From IMG/VR virus record IMGVR_UViG_3300034629_000093: a DNA stretch of 64,000 bases, one strand, 5' to 3'. Source of the stretch: an uncultured virus (IMG/VR IMGVR_UViG_3300034629_000093) (taxonomy: Duplodnaviria; Heunggongvirae; Uroviricota; Caudoviricetes). This document shows positions 1-9,884 of the stretch, piece by piece (the stretch's first letter is position 1; each line of letters opens with the position of its first letter). The position numbers and the translations under genes are program-made. The notes under the pieces are model-generated. The model did no database searches. It had not been told where the DNA came from and saw only the letters and a program-made list of their open reading frames with translations.

Positions 1-1365
1 TCAGACTATATGAACATTTGTATAGTCTTCCGAAATCAATGTTGCTTGATCTAATTTCGTCACCATTGATACGGTTTTTAAACGACCTTTGCAAGCCCTG
101 TATCTATCATCACCGATTTTTATTGGAAGCATTGGATCTATCAGATCATTCAGCTCACCTTTATAATCATAGCTGAAAATCATTTTTGAATAGCTTGCCA
201 GTGATATTGCCGTTGCTTTATATAAGGAGTGAACAGCTGTTGGAGAAGTTGAATAGTGTCCTTTAAAGCCACCTGAATTTGTTAGTACAGACACTCCAAG
301 AACTGAGATACCGTTTTTTGCACCACCGGCTGTGGCCTCGGCAGACTTGGAAGTGTCAAAATAAACTACAACGGGCAAAATTTCCGCTGCAGTAAAAACT
401 GTCAAATTACTGGCTGCACTATATTGAATAGTTTCAGCTCCATTTAATGTAGTGACTGCACTATTCACTTCCTTAGCTCTTCTCTTTGTCTTCTTATAAG
501 TGAATTTAAGGCCTGTTTGCTCATCCAAAGCAAAGCTGTTTACAAGTGTTCTATATCCGCTTGAAACCTTCGTTAATTTATCACCGGTATAATCCCCGGA
601 CTTTCCTTTGCGTAGATCCTGGACAATAGGCTTGCCGGTCTTCCAGCTGTAACCGGCATTCATTGTGAAAGCTCTGCAGATCGCCTTGAAATAGTCCGCT
701 CTGGTTTCAATATCAGAACTTAAATAAGGATTTATAAACAGCTGCCTGAACTGTGGATTTCCGGCTCCGGCTCCATTCCAATTTTCGGCTTCCCAATCGT
801 GAGAAACAATCAGATCATCAGTATCATAACCACAAATATTTTGGAAGATGAATTCACCCCAGAAATCACACATTGGCAAACTGCCAAGATTATCACTGGT
901 TTGATAACTGTGTAACGTGTTACTTGACGCATCAATCGCATCCTGAATATCAGACATATCTTTTTCTGCGCTGCCATGAAAGCCATTCGCAAACGTAGCC
1001 TGAAATTCAAACATGGAATTAGTATCTGGCTGAACGTCCTCATCATTCCATTTAAAATCCAGAAAGCCACGAAATAATTCATCGCCGTCGATCTCAATAA
1101 GAAGTCTGAAATCCGTTTCCGGATTAGTAGAAAATTCAGAAAGCAAATCGCCGTCGTAGTTATTCACAAGATTAAGCGTTACCCACATCGATAAGACACC
1201 CTCACCAAAATCAGTGCTGAAAGCAAAATTCACTTCCGGTTCTTTATTGATGGCCAATTTCTTAACAGATCCGGGAGCACTGCCAAGATCTTGCTGCAGT
1301 TTAAAAACGGAGTTTGTTCCTTTTGCATTAAGAACAGTGAGGCTATGTGTAGTTTCCCATGCCAT
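1..1365 (-). CDS. Phage tail protein (distal tail/hub-like)
   Basis: 454 aa ORF directly downstream of and overlapping the tape measure stop; assignment by position only. Confidence 0.6.
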   Translation of the reverse strand: MAWETTHSLTVLNAKGTNSVFKLQQDLGSAPGSVKKLAINKEPEVNFAFSTDFGEGVLSMWVTLNLVNNYDGDLLSEFSTNPETDFRLLIEIDGDELFRGFLDFKWNDEDVQPDTNSMFEFQATFANGFHGSAEKDMSDIQDAIDASSNTLHSYQTSDNLGSLPMCDFWGEFIFQNICGYDTDDLIVSHDWEAENWNGAGAGNPQFRQLFINPYLSSDIETRADYFKAICRAFTMNAGYSWKTGKPIVQDLRKGKSGDYTGDKLTKVSSGYRTLVNSFALDEQTGLKFTYKKTKRRAKEVNSAVTTLNGAETIQYSAASNLTVFTAAEILPVVVYFDTSKSAEATAGGAKNGISVLGVSVLTNSGGFKGHYSTSPTAVHSLYKATAISLASYSKMIFSYDYKGELNDLIDPMLPIKIGDDRYRACKGRLKTVSMVTKLDQATLISEDYTNVHIV

Positions 1366-4094
1366 TAAAATGATACAATTTGGCGGCCTTCAAAACTAGC
1401 TGTTTCATCCTGCACGGCTCTCAGTTCCGTACCCTCAGCAACCAGTTTAAAGTTGGCTTTTAGGTTTTCAAATCCTGCGGCTATTGCATCCGAAATCTGT
1501 TCAGAATTGATCGTTTCGATAACAGGAATTTCAAGCTCTCTCTCTGCAAATGAGTTGATCACCGGTGAAGCCAAAGGCGCTGAGCTATCTGTTAAACCAC
1601 CGAAAGCGAAGCGTTCTGTAGTTGAAAAATCCTGCTGCAGAACATTCTGTTCATACATTGAAGATACACTCGGAGCCTCAAACATCGGCATCAGCACTTG
1701 TTCAGCTACATCCGGCTGATAGTTGATCAGATCCAGAACCGGCATAAACCGCTGAGTGCTCGATCCCTTAACTACATACTCAGGCAGTGATGTTTCATTG
1801 ATCGAAATAATCTTTTTGCCTGGCGTGGTCATTCCTTCCGGCATACGTTCCAAAACAGGACCACCGGCAAAGTATGGATTTGGTTGCGATCGGATAACAG
1901 CCACTTGCAGAGCTCCGGCAATACCTGCAGCAATGGATAATGGAATATTAGGCAAAGCCTCTGTTACCGCAATAGCAGTTTCAGCAATGGCGATATAAGT
2001 ATTTGCTCGTTTCTCTTTTTCATACTGTTCTTTTTTGATAGAGTTCGTTCGCTGTTCATACTGGAATTCAATTTTGGAACGCTTCTCAATTAATTCTTCG
2101 CGTTGTTTTTCTGATAACGCTTCATTCTTTAGCTGTGCATCAATAGACTTTAAACGGCTCTTTTTCTCTTTATCAATTCTGTTTAATTCAGCTTCTGTAT
2201 TAGCAGCCTGCAACGATGCAAAATTAGCATATAGGTTCATTGCACCATTAAACACTTCATTCAATTGCTCAGAAACAATCTCATAATGTTCTTCCAATAA
2301 GATCTGCTCTTCCGTAATACCTGTCTGGCGAGCCTGCAATTGGCGCTGAATACCTTGCTCAGCCAAAGCCAACCGCTCACGCTCTGCATCCGTCTGTGCA
2401 GCACTATGTAGCTCTTTTACAACATTAAGCTTTTCCTGCAGATCATTGATGGACTTGTCAGGCATTAGATCAACTTGAGCAAGTTGCCTGTTTAGTGTTT
2501 CAATAGTTCCATCACTTAAGATCTCTGCAGATAGATCTAAAGGCTCAAACTCAGGTAGATCTATTTCGATCGGTAGATGTACCGGTTCCGGATTCGAGAT
2601 CTCCGGAAGTTCAGGAAGTTCAGGTCTTTCAAATACTATAGCAGTGGATTTTTGTTCAGGATTTACTTCACTGCTTAAACTTTCTTCAATTGCCTTCCGG
2701 TAAGCTGCAGCATCACCAGCTTCTCTTTGAGTGCGTGCAACTAAACGAACTTGTCCAGCATAGTGATATTGAAATGCAGTTAATTCTTGAAGCAATTCAG
2801 CCTCTTCATTCTTCGCTGTTTTTCCACCTTTTAAAGATTCTCTGAATTCAGCATCTACAGCTAAAGCTTCTTTCACAGCAGTAAGCCTGTCCTGATAACT
2901 ACCGGTAGTTATATCAACACCAAGTCCAAGCTCTTCATTTGCAGTATTTAATGTTTCCATTAAATCGCGTTCCATTTGCCATTGTTTAGCAAGTGCAGCT
3001 CCGGCCTCGGCTTGTTTTTCTTTGATGTCTTCATCTGCTATCATCAATGCAGCTCTCTCTATATAAAGCAGATTTACTTTTTGGAGCGCTCCAATAAGTT
3101 CATCGTTGTTTGCTTTTTCTCCGGAAATGTACTCATTAAACTCTGGGTATTTTTCAATAAGTTCACCCATGAGTTTAGCTCTTCTTTCATTTCCCTCATT
3201 AAGACCTGTAATGGTTAAAACCAAACCATTCATTGATGCGCGTTCTTCCTCTAATTGAGATTTAAGGTCTAATCCCATCCAATCTTGAAGTATATTCACA
3301 ACTCCGTCGGCAACACTTAAAACACCTTCAAGTGTTGGTATTAAACCAACCTTTAACCGGGTGATAATCTCGCCAAAGTCTTCCTGAGAATCGCCAAGTG
3401 TATTCAAAAATTGTTCCCATTTACCGGTCGGAGTTTGACTCATTTCACGGGCAACGCCGCCAACTTGGCCGCGTAAATTATCAAGGATCACAGCCTGAGC
3501 TGATGCAAGATCATTCTGAGCTAAGAAATTTTTAACCTGCTCTTTTTGCTGTTCGCTGAATGTAACTCCAACACGCCTCAAAGCGGTCATTCCTTCAATC
3601 GGATCTTCCAGAGCTTTACCGATCTGCAGTGTGGCTGATTCCAGGCTTCCAAAGATCTGAGAAGTATCGGCCGCAAGCTCAATCGCATCCTTAAAAGTGT
3701 CGCCGGTTACTTTGCGGAAGGTTAGCATTGTACTCATGCTTTCAAGAAAGCTCTCATCGCCGATCGTTGTATATTGCTGCAGTTCAGCTGCGTAGGTTTT
3801 CAGCTCATCAATACCAAAGCCTGCAGCTCCGCTTGTGGCTTTAATAACTGCCTGCACTTTCTGTTCAGCTTGTTCTTGGCGAGAGAAAAGCTCCTGTGAT
3901 TGAGAAACAACCTGCGCCAAACTGCCAACCATTTTCATCGCAGCATCCGCCATAATATTTCCAAGGGCTACTGCAGAAGCTCCGGTTTTTTGAGATGATT
4001 CACCTACACGGCCAAGCTGCTTCTCAACATTCTTACCACCGCGAATTGCGCCACTTTCATCTACATCAATGTAATATCTTACTGTTTTAGCCAT
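1365..4094 (-). CDS. Tape measure protein
   Basis: 909 aa, helical; LQIGKALEDPIEGMTALRRVGVTF and LNTLGD motifs typical of lambdoid TMPs; follows the tail chaperones. Confidence 0.9.
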   Translation of the reverse strand: MAKTVRYYIDVDESGAIRGGKNVEKQLGRVGESSQKTGASAVALGNIMADAAMKMVGSLAQVVSQSQELFSRQEQAEQKVQAVIKATSGAAGFGIDELKTYAAELQQYTTIGDESFLESMSTMLTFRKVTGDTFKDAIELAADTSQIFGSLESATLQIGKALEDPIEGMTALRRVGVTFSEQQKEQVKNFLAQNDLASAQAVILDNLRGQVGGVAREMSQTPTGKWEQFLNTLGDSQEDFGEIITRLKVGLIPTLEGVLSVADGVVNILQDWMGLDLKSQLEEERASMNGLVLTITGLNEGNERRAKLMGELIEKYPEFNEYISGEKANNDELIGALQKVNLLYIERAALMIADEDIKEKQAEAGAALAKQWQMERDLMETLNTANEELGLGVDITTGSYQDRLTAVKEALAVDAEFRESLKGGKTAKNEEAELLQELTAFQYHYAGQVRLVARTQREAGDAAAYRKAIEESLSSEVNPEQKSTAIVFERPELPELPEISNPEPVHLPIEIDLPEFEPLDLSAEILSDGTIETLNRQLAQVDLMPDKSINDLQEKLNVVKELHSAAQTDAERERLALAEQGIQRQLQARQTGITEEQILLEEHYEIVSEQLNEVFNGAMNLYANFASLQAANTEAELNRIDKEKKSRLKSIDAQLKNEALSEKQREELIEKRSKIEFQYEQRTNSIKKEQYEKEKRANTYIAIAETAIAVTEALPNIPLSIAAGIAGALQVAVIRSQPNPYFAGGPVLERMPEGMTTPGKKIISINETSLPEYVVKGSSTQRFMPVLDLINYQPDVAEQVLMPMFEAPSVSSMYEQNVLQQDFSTTERFAFGGLTDSSAPLASPVINSFAERELEIPVIETINSEQISDAIAAGFENLKANFKLVAEGTELRAVQDETASFEGRQIVSF

Positions 4095-4394
4095 TTAATT
4101 CTGCTTAAACATTATGGTTTCAATGAAAGCTCTGCCAAGCTCTGTGTGCGTTCGTTCTTCCAGCCAAATGCGCTGCGCTTCCGCATCGCCCGGGGCAAGC
4201 TGCTTAACAACCCTTTCAACCTCATCAAATTCTTCCAGATAATGTTCCTTCCAGGCACTAAGCCCGTATTGGTAGTTATCCCAATTTGCATCCGGATTCT
4301 TTGGTGTGGGTGGTTTAGGCCGTTCATTAATTCGCTTAATTATAGATGCAAACTCGTCGGTGTCCCTCTTCGCTGCATCTGAAAATCTAAAAAA
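4095..4394 (-). CDS. Tail assembly chaperone GT, -1 frameshift portion
   Basis: ORF without a convincing start, in the -1 frame of 4340-4783 and beginning at slippery TTTTTTA. Confidence 0.75.
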   Translation of the reverse strand, partial: FFRFSDAAKRDTDEFASIIKRINERPKPPTPKNPDANWDNYQYGLSAWKEHYLEEFDEVERVVKQLAPGDAEAQRIWLEERTHTELGRAFIETIMFKQN

Positions 4395-4783
4395 CACCGG
4401 TTCACCACGCCTGCATCCAATGCATCAAATAACTCTTCATCAACAATCGATACAGATTCGCCTTTAACTTCTAATAGCTTCGGGCAATCCTTAAAAAGCA
4501 CTTCGGCCAACGCCGCTGATGCCGTCAATTCATCGTACACATTATCAAGATCGTGCTCATAGCCGATGATCTTATCATTCTCATTTCTGATCGGTTTTTT
4601 TGGCAAGCCGGCTTGCGTGGCATACTTGGCACGCGCTTCCTGGCTTAAACTCTCATTTAGTGCCTGCACTCTGCTCACAGCTTTAATATGCTTATTCGTG
4701 GTTTTATTCATCACTTTTTTGGTGATGAAATCCTTCCGATCGATATCAAAAAGTTCGTATTGTTTTTTGGTTTCTTCACTCAT
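4340..4783 (-). CDS. Tail assembly chaperone G
   Basis: 147 aa upstream of the tape measure with an in-frame T-TTT-TTA slippery site near its 3' end. Confidence 0.75.
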   Translation of the reverse strand: MSEETKKQYELFDIDRKDFITKKVMNKTTNKHIKAVSRVQALNESLSQEARAKYATQAGLPKKPIRNENDKIIGYEHDLDNVYDELTASAALAEVLFKDCPKLLEVKGESVSIVDEELFDALDAGVVNRCFLDFQMQRRGTPTSLHL

Positions 4784-4801
4784 GGTTTTGCCCGGTTAAT
4801 T

Positions 4802-5308
4802 CTATCTGTTAATCCAAAAAGGATATGCTGTTAATGGAGTTTTAGTTTTTAAACTGATTGGTGTGTACATGTTAAATCGGCCATTCTCACGCGCATCAAT
4901 AAGATCGATAGTATCTTTATCACCAAGCACTCTGTATTTAGTGTCATCAACAGTACCGGCCTGATCTAAAAGCTTTGGGAAAAAGTAGATGGGCGATGCT
5001 TCAGCGTTGCGGATGTCATCCAGAACCGATTTTAATCCTACAGAGTCAGAAAATGTAATCATAGCAAAATCATCATCTGCCGTTATTGAATCGGGTATAT
5101 CATCGCCGGTCAATTGTTGATCTAAATACATTAACAACAGATCAAAATTAAGATGAAGCCACAGCTTGCCCTCAACAAATTCTCCGTCAATTAACTGCGT
5201 TTCCCATTTTTCCTCTTTTGCACGATATTTGATCTTACCGGCTTTAAATACAGCTAATTCAGTATTAGCTAATTGTATTCCAAAACACTGTATGCGATCT
5301 ATTGGCAT
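4802..5308 (-). CDS. Phage tail-region hypothetical protein
   Basis: 168 aa ORF in the tail operon. Confidence 0.65.
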   Translation of the reverse strand: MPIDRIQCFGIQLANTELAVFKAGKIKYRAKEEKWETQLIDGEFVEGKLWLHLNFDLLLMYLDQQLTGDDIPDSITADDDFAMITFSDSVGLKSVLDDIRNAEASPIYFFPKLLDQAGTVDDTKYRVLGDKDTIDLIDARENGRFNMYTPISLKTKTPLTAYPFWINR

Positions 5309-5314
5309 GCTTCA

Positions 5315-6196
5315 TTACCCTGCAATGTATTCGGTTGAACCATCGGTGCGCAGGCAGGGTTCTTTAACAGATAATGTTCCATTGGATCCGGATTCTCGAC
5401 GGCTTATAGGATAAACACGTATGCTATAGATTGTTGAGGTGACGGTAATATCTAATGCATCAGAGCCTAAACCTGTGTTTTTTTCATCAGTTTCAACAAT
5501 TGTTCCTGCAAAATTCTTTAACTGAGCAACAAGACGTGCTTGACTTCCAGGAGCTGCCAAAACATTACTTATTAAACCAAGTGTTCCGGTTATTGGAAAT
5601 ATTACTTGCCTGTAAATTCCTGATAACGGGTTGCCGGTATCTAATGACTGAACTGAATCGGTAAAGTCTAAATTAGTTGATGAAACACCCGTTGTATAGC
5701 CGTCAGCTATATCATTTCCATCACCATCAACAAAACCGGTAACAACCACACCATTCACATTGGTTTGGTGTAGTAAATTCACATTATTGAAAATTGCTGC
5801 ATTCTCGTCGCCTTCGTATTCAAGGACCACAATAAAATGGCTATCGCCATCAGCTCTTCGTGCCTTTGGTACTTTGCGCAGCTCTTTGATCTGTACCGAT
5901 TCATGCCATTGAAGATTGGCGCAATTCAGGCTTTCTGCTGCTGCTACCGCCTGCACTGCAATGTGGGCATCCTTAAACCCTTGCAAAGTATCAAAAGCGT
6001 CCCAATCAGAGCAGGCAAATTGCACACGGTGTCGCCATTGAGAAATGTAATTCCCATTGGTCGTTTCTTGTGTAATTTCTTCCTGTGGTGCAAGAAAAGT
6101 CTCGCCGCCAATTAAAGTGGTCATTAATGCAACGTCGCCCGTTAAAGGGTTAAACACACTTGCTTTCGTCCAGGAATCTGATTTATAAACGCCCAT
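5315..6196 (-). CDS. Tail-tube-like protein with C-terminal beta-rich extension
   Basis: N-half paralogous to 6228-6641 (DSWT, QETTN, VPKxRRADGDS). Confidence 0.55.
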   Translation of the reverse strand: MGVYKSDSWTKASVFNPLTGDVALMTTLIGGETFLAPQEEITQETTNGNYISQWRHRVQFACSDWDAFDTLQGFKDAHIAVQAVAAAESLNCANLQWHESVQIKELRKVPKARRADGDSHFIVVLEYEGDENAAIFNNVNLLHQTNVNGVVVTGFVDGDGNDIADGYTTGVSSTNLDFTDSVQSLDTGNPLSGIYRQVIFPITGTLGLISNVLAAPGSQARLVAQLKNFAGTIVETDEKNTGLGSDALDITVTSTIYSIRVYPISRRESGSNGTLSVKEPCLRTDGSTEYIAG

Positions 6197-6227
6197 GATA
6201 CTTTCTTAAAGGATTGTTAATTGTTAC

Positions 6228-6641
6228 TTACGATGTCAGAGATGATATCTCAACATAACCGGCATCACCGTCAAGCATCCAGCTCAACTGCCATAGTGAA
6301 TCACCATCAGCACGTCTCGGCTTTGGTACATTCAGCACTTTAGGATAAGCAGCGCCTTCAGTTTTGTGTAATGTGCCATCAAAATATTCCAGGCAGAAAT
6401 ACTTTGGTGTTCTGTTTAAAGCCTTTAATGTGGCTTTGTCCTGTTGATCCGAATATCGAATCGTAGGATTTACACTAACACCGCTTTGATAGCTGGAATT
6501 TGTGGTTTCTTGATCAATACCGGTTTCCGGTAAATTCTCGGCTTCAACTACTTCGCCGTTTATTTGCGTCCAGGAATCATCTGTTCCATCATCGCTGTAA
6601 TGTACAGCTTTTAGTCCGGCTGGGTTATAATCTGCAGGCAT
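6228..6641 (-). CDS. Probable major tail tube protein
   Basis: 137 aa, size and position upstream of the chaperones; paralog of 5315-6196. Confidence 0.55.
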   Translation of the reverse strand: MPADYNPAGLKAVHYSDDGTDDSWTQINGEVVEAENLPETGIDQETTNSSYQSGVSVNPTIRYSDQQDKATLKALNRTPKYFCLEYFDGTLHKTEGAAYPKVLNVPKPRRADGDSLWQLSWMLDGDAGYVEISSLTS

Positions 6642-6643
6642 GG

Positions 6644-6940
6644 TTAGTCCTCTGTATTTTGGGTTGGTTCTTCAATTAATTCAAATCGTTCAATATGCTC
6701 TTCGATCCACTTCACATTGCGGTAATCAGCATTTGTACCGCGTGGATAAGGCACGTTCTCACTGGCATTGATTACATCACCGATCAGATCAACTACCACT
6801 AATTTGGTACCATCTTCACCGGTAAAAGTGCTCACATATTTGTCAATGGTTTGCACTTGGCCGTTTACCTTTGGCGGCTCAACACCGTCCGGAAGTTTTG
6901 GGCCAATTACTCTGTATCGTTGTCCTTGTTCTACACTCAT
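6644..6940 (-). CDS. Phage hypothetical protein
   Basis: 98 aa, tightly packed in the operon. Confidence 0.65.
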   Translation of the reverse strand: MSVEQGQRYRVIGPKLPDGVEPPKVNGQVQTIDKYVSTFTGEDGTKLVVVDLIGDVINASENVPYPRGTNADYRNVKWIEEHIERFELIEEPTQNTED

Positions 6941-6941
6941 G

Positions 6942-7421
6942 TTATGCTCCGATAAAACTTAAAAATGGAAGGCTTGGCCAGCCAAAGAAAAAGGATAAGA
7001 CCTGATAGATCACTGCGGCACTTAAACCCACAGATGTTGCTATGCGGATCTTGAATTTCGTTTCCGGAGAAAGACCTTCTGCGCTGTCATTCAATCGGCC
7101 GTCATCCAGCAAGTCTTTTGCCAGGTAAATTTTATTCACGATAAAATCAGGCGATTCTTTGAACATCTTGTTCAGCTCAGCATAATCATCCGGCAGATCT
7201 GCAAGTAAATGCTTCACCTTTTCAGCATCGCGGATAACGGAAGCATCTTTCGCCTGGGCTTTTGGAACCAGATCTCCAACGCCTTTAATAACTTCACCCA
7301 CAGCTTCGCGTGGTTTACGGAATGGCAACCATTCATTCGCTTTTTTGCCGAATTTGTTCTTGCCAATTACGGCATCTGCTAAAAATGATAATATGGGAAT
7401 TCTAATCTTGCTCATGATCAA
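6942..7421 (-). CDS. Membrane protein, lysis-cassette associated
   Basis: C-terminal hydrophobic segment; follows the endolysin-like and holin-like genes. Confidence 0.55.
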   Translation of the reverse strand: MIMSKIRIPILSFLADAVIGKNKFGKKANEWLPFRKPREAVGEVIKGVGDLVPKAQAKDASVIRDAEKVKHLLADLPDDYAELNKMFKESPDFIVNKIYLAKDLLDDGRLNDSAEGLSPETKFKIRIATSVGLSAAVIYQVLSFFFGWPSLPFLSFIGA

Positions 7422-7684
7422 CCTTTTAATTTGATGTATGTGTCGATGAAATAAGCGGCCGCTCCGCCAATGATGGTTACTACAGCAATTGCACCAAGTA
7501 CATACCAGCGTGCATTTTCTATTTTCTTTGCCGTTCCTTCTAAATCCTGCACTCTGCTAATTAAGCCCGGCTGTCCCATTTCTTTATCGCCAACCAAAGC
7601 TTTTTCAATCCGGATAATACCGGCGTTCGCTTCTTGAAGCTTAACCTCTACACCTTCGATTCTTACTCTATCTTCGGCATTCAT
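7418..7684 (-). CDS. Holin-like coiled-coil protein with C-terminal TM helix
   Basis: MNAEDRV... start chosen; WYVLGAIAVVTIIGGAAAYF TM; adjacent to the DUF5675 gene. Confidence 0.55.
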   Translation of the reverse strand: MNAEDRVRIEGVEVKLQEANAGIIRIEKALVGDKEMGQPGLISRVQDLEGTAKKIENARWYVLGAIAVVTIIGGAAAYFIDTYIKLKG

Positions 7685-8138
7685 AGCAGCCTCCAAATAC
7701 GGTTTGGAAGTTGTCAACTTTTCGTACAATCAATTTGCAACCGGCTTCCGGAACAAATTCTATGATTGAATTCAAAGCAGATTTGCTTTGCTTAACATCG
7801 ATCTGAGAATCTTTATTTACATAGCCGAAAGTTTCTCCGGGAAGAATACAAGCCTCTGTTTGATCAAAGTAATTTCCGGAATGGAATAAAACATGAGTTC
7901 GATCTTTTACATCTCGGACAATCAAGCATTTTCCAAAAGTTGGGCTTTGATGATGATCAACCCAATATTCACCTTCATTAATGCAGCTAATGTGAGGAAG
8001 ATTAAATAATTCTGTAGGTTCAATGCACACTTTTTTCAGCTGCTGCTTTTTGCCTTCCATACATTCCAGAAAACCAAGCGTACTCACACCTGTTTCGCGA
8101 ATTCGCCAAATTGATATGTATTTCTCTTTACTCATCAA
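7668..8138 (-). CDS. DUF5675-like putative endolysin
   Basis: STLG...SCINEGEY...HVLFHSGNY...TEACILPG motif pattern. Confidence 0.75.
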   Translation of the reverse strand: MMSKEKYISIWRIRETGVSTLGFLECMEGKKQQLKKVCIEPTELFNLPHISCINEGEYWVDHHQSPTFGKCLIVRDVKDRTHVLFHSGNYFDQTEACILPGETFGYVNKDSQIDVKQSKSALNSIIEFVPEAGCKLIVRKVDNFQTVFGGCYECRR

Positions 8139-8548
8139 TATCTATCCGTTTGATGTTTAGCCAGCGTAAATGCTGAGCCTAAATTTTCACTGCCACTGAT
8201 CACTGAATAAGCACCATGATCAGGACCGGCAACCAATTCCCATTGTCCATCGCCAAGCAGCTGCTCGAAAAATGCACGCTCTAAATTCTCTAATTGCACA
8301 AAATCAGCACCGGTATGATTCTCATCATCCACCTGATCTTTGTCCATTTTTGTTGCTATCAAGCATTGATATTCCCACGGTCCGTTGTAATGGTTTAGTG
8401 CCGTATTAGAAGATTCAGGATCTTTGTGTCTGCCTAAGATCATAAAGCACGGAAAGTCATCTTTGCGAACAATCGGGCGATCTTTAACCGTCTCAAATAA
8501 TTCAGTTGCTTCCGCTGCGGTCAATATTTCTTTCACATTAGCTTGCAT
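8135..8548 (-). CDS. Tail terminator-like protein
   Basis: Position after the HK97 gp10-like gene; DFPC motif near the N-terminus. Confidence 0.5.
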   Translation of the reverse strand: MQANVKEILTAAEATELFETVKDRPIVRKDDFPCFMILGRHKDPESSNTALNHYNGPWEYQCLIATKMDKDQVDDENHTGADFVQLENLERAFFEQLLGDGQWELVAGPDHGAYSVISGSENLGSAFTLAKHQTDRY

Positions 8549-9017
8549 GGCGGACACCTCTCTCAATAGCAGCTTCAATTTTCATTGGCGCAGTACGTTG
8601 AATCAATCGCATGGTGGTTCCGGCGAATGGCTTCGCTTCAGTGCCTTGCTTACTGATCTTATGCTGAATTGCTCTGGCAACGCCTTTGCCTTCCGGAAAC
8701 TTAATTCCCAGCTTACGCACCACCCATTGTTCCAGCGGCTTAATTGGCGGCGTGTGTGGCTTAGTTCCATCATGCACAAAAATGGCGTGCTTGGCATTTG
8801 CTCCAAACCGCATTCTTATAAACTGCAATTCTGTCTTTACTTCACTGGTAATGCTCTTTGCCAGATCTCCGCGATCGTCAATGTTATGCTTCTGCAGATA
8901 GTCCAGCATTATACGTTCAGCTTCCAAGCCCAGGCGTGCCATTTCTTTTTCAACTTCTCGGCGAATAACTCGCTGATCACCTTTAACATCGATATGTCCT
9001 TCTTTTCTAATGCTCAT
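8538..9017 (-). CDS. HK97 gp10-family tail completion protein
   Basis: DRGDLAKSI, HAIFVHDGTKPH and GTEAKPF motifs. Confidence 0.8.
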   Translation of the reverse strand: MSIRKEGHIDVKGDQRVIRREVEKEMARLGLEAERIMLDYLQKHNIDDRGDLAKSITSEVKTELQFIRMRFGANAKHAIFVHDGTKPHTPPIKPLEQWVVRKLGIKFPEGKGVARAIQHKISKQGTEAKPFAGTTMRLIQRTAPMKIEAAIERGVRHAS

Positions 9018-9493
9018 CCGAAATAGGGATCATGTGGTTCAACTGCAGTAAGTGCAAAGCCGTTGCCTTCAAATTGCAATGCAAGCTCGTCGTCGGTTAG
9101 TGCTGTGGAATCCGGAATAAGATCTTTAATGAATTCCATTGCCTGGGCGTACAGCATATCCTTAGCTTTGGCAACACTCATTTGTGATGCAAGCTCTTCC
9201 TGAAAATCTCCGTAACCGATCATTTTTGAAATTCCGCCATCATCTAAAAGGCGCATTCCTAATACAGTTAGTGAATGACGCAGAGCCAAGAGGCACTCGG
9301 CACGAGCGGCACTCTCAGCATCCACATCATCATCGGGCAGAGCCGTAAGAAGTGCATCGTACACATCAGAAGTAAGCAAAGCGCGCAGCTCTTTTTCAGC
9401 TACCGGCTGATATAGAAACACCTTCTCAGCCGGCTGTGTGCCAATGCCGATGAAGGTCTTTATATCTGCTGCTGTTTGTACTAATGATGCCAT
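9014..9493 (-). CDS. Head-tail adaptor-like protein
   Basis: Helical 159 aa protein between the capsid and neck genes. Confidence 0.5.
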   Translation of the reverse strand: MASLVQTAADIKTFIGIGTQPAEKVFLYQPVAEKELRALLTSDVYDALLTALPDDDVDAESAARAECLLALRHSLTVLGMRLLDDGGISKMIGYGDFQEELASQMSVAKAKDMLYAQAMEFIKDLIPDSTALTDDELALQFEGNGFALTAVEPHDPYFG

Positions 9494-9510
9494 CTTTAAT
9501 TTCTTTTTTT

Positions 9511-9544
9511 AAAAAAAGGGAGTTACTTGATTTCACTCCCTTTT
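9511..9544 (-). terminator. Intrinsic terminator after the head genes
   Basis: On - strand GGGAGT-N11-ACTCCC followed by T7. Confidence 0.65.
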
Positions 9545-9566
9545 CGGTGTCTCGTTCGTGAAGGAA

Positions 9567-9866
9567 TTACTTCTTAGATTTAGCGTCCTTTTCAGCTGCT
9601 TCTTTCTCAGCCTTTTCTTCAACTTCTGCTTGCTCTTCTGCATCTTCCTGGTCAACAATGGTTCCTTCACCAACTGTTTCCAGTCCATGTTCTGCCAGGC
9701 GCTTATGCTCTTTTTTCTTAGGATCAAACACTTCACAAGCTTCTTGGTGACGCTTAACCAATTTCTTGTACTCTGCATCTGAAATAACATCACCTTTTGA
9801 GTGAGAATATTCAGCGGATGAAATGTTGCCTTTTTTACTTACGATATGTTTTTTTGCTTCTGCCAT
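9567..9866 (-). CDS. Phage hypothetical protein, Glu/Lys-rich C-terminus
   Basis: 99 aa ORF downstream of the capsid gene. Confidence 0.65.
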   Translation of the reverse strand: MAEAKKHIVSKKGNISSAEYSHSKGDVISDAEYKKLVKRHQEACEVFDPKKKEHKRLAEHGLETVGEGTIVDQEDAEEQAEVEEKAEKEAAEKDAKSKK

Positions 9867-9884
9867 GATGTGTATTAGTTAAGA

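Noticed and set aside
1..6641. Diversity-generating retroelement or invertible tail-fibre cassette
   Set aside because: No reverse transcriptase, template/variable repeat pair or invertase in the window; the tail-fibre region lies outside it.
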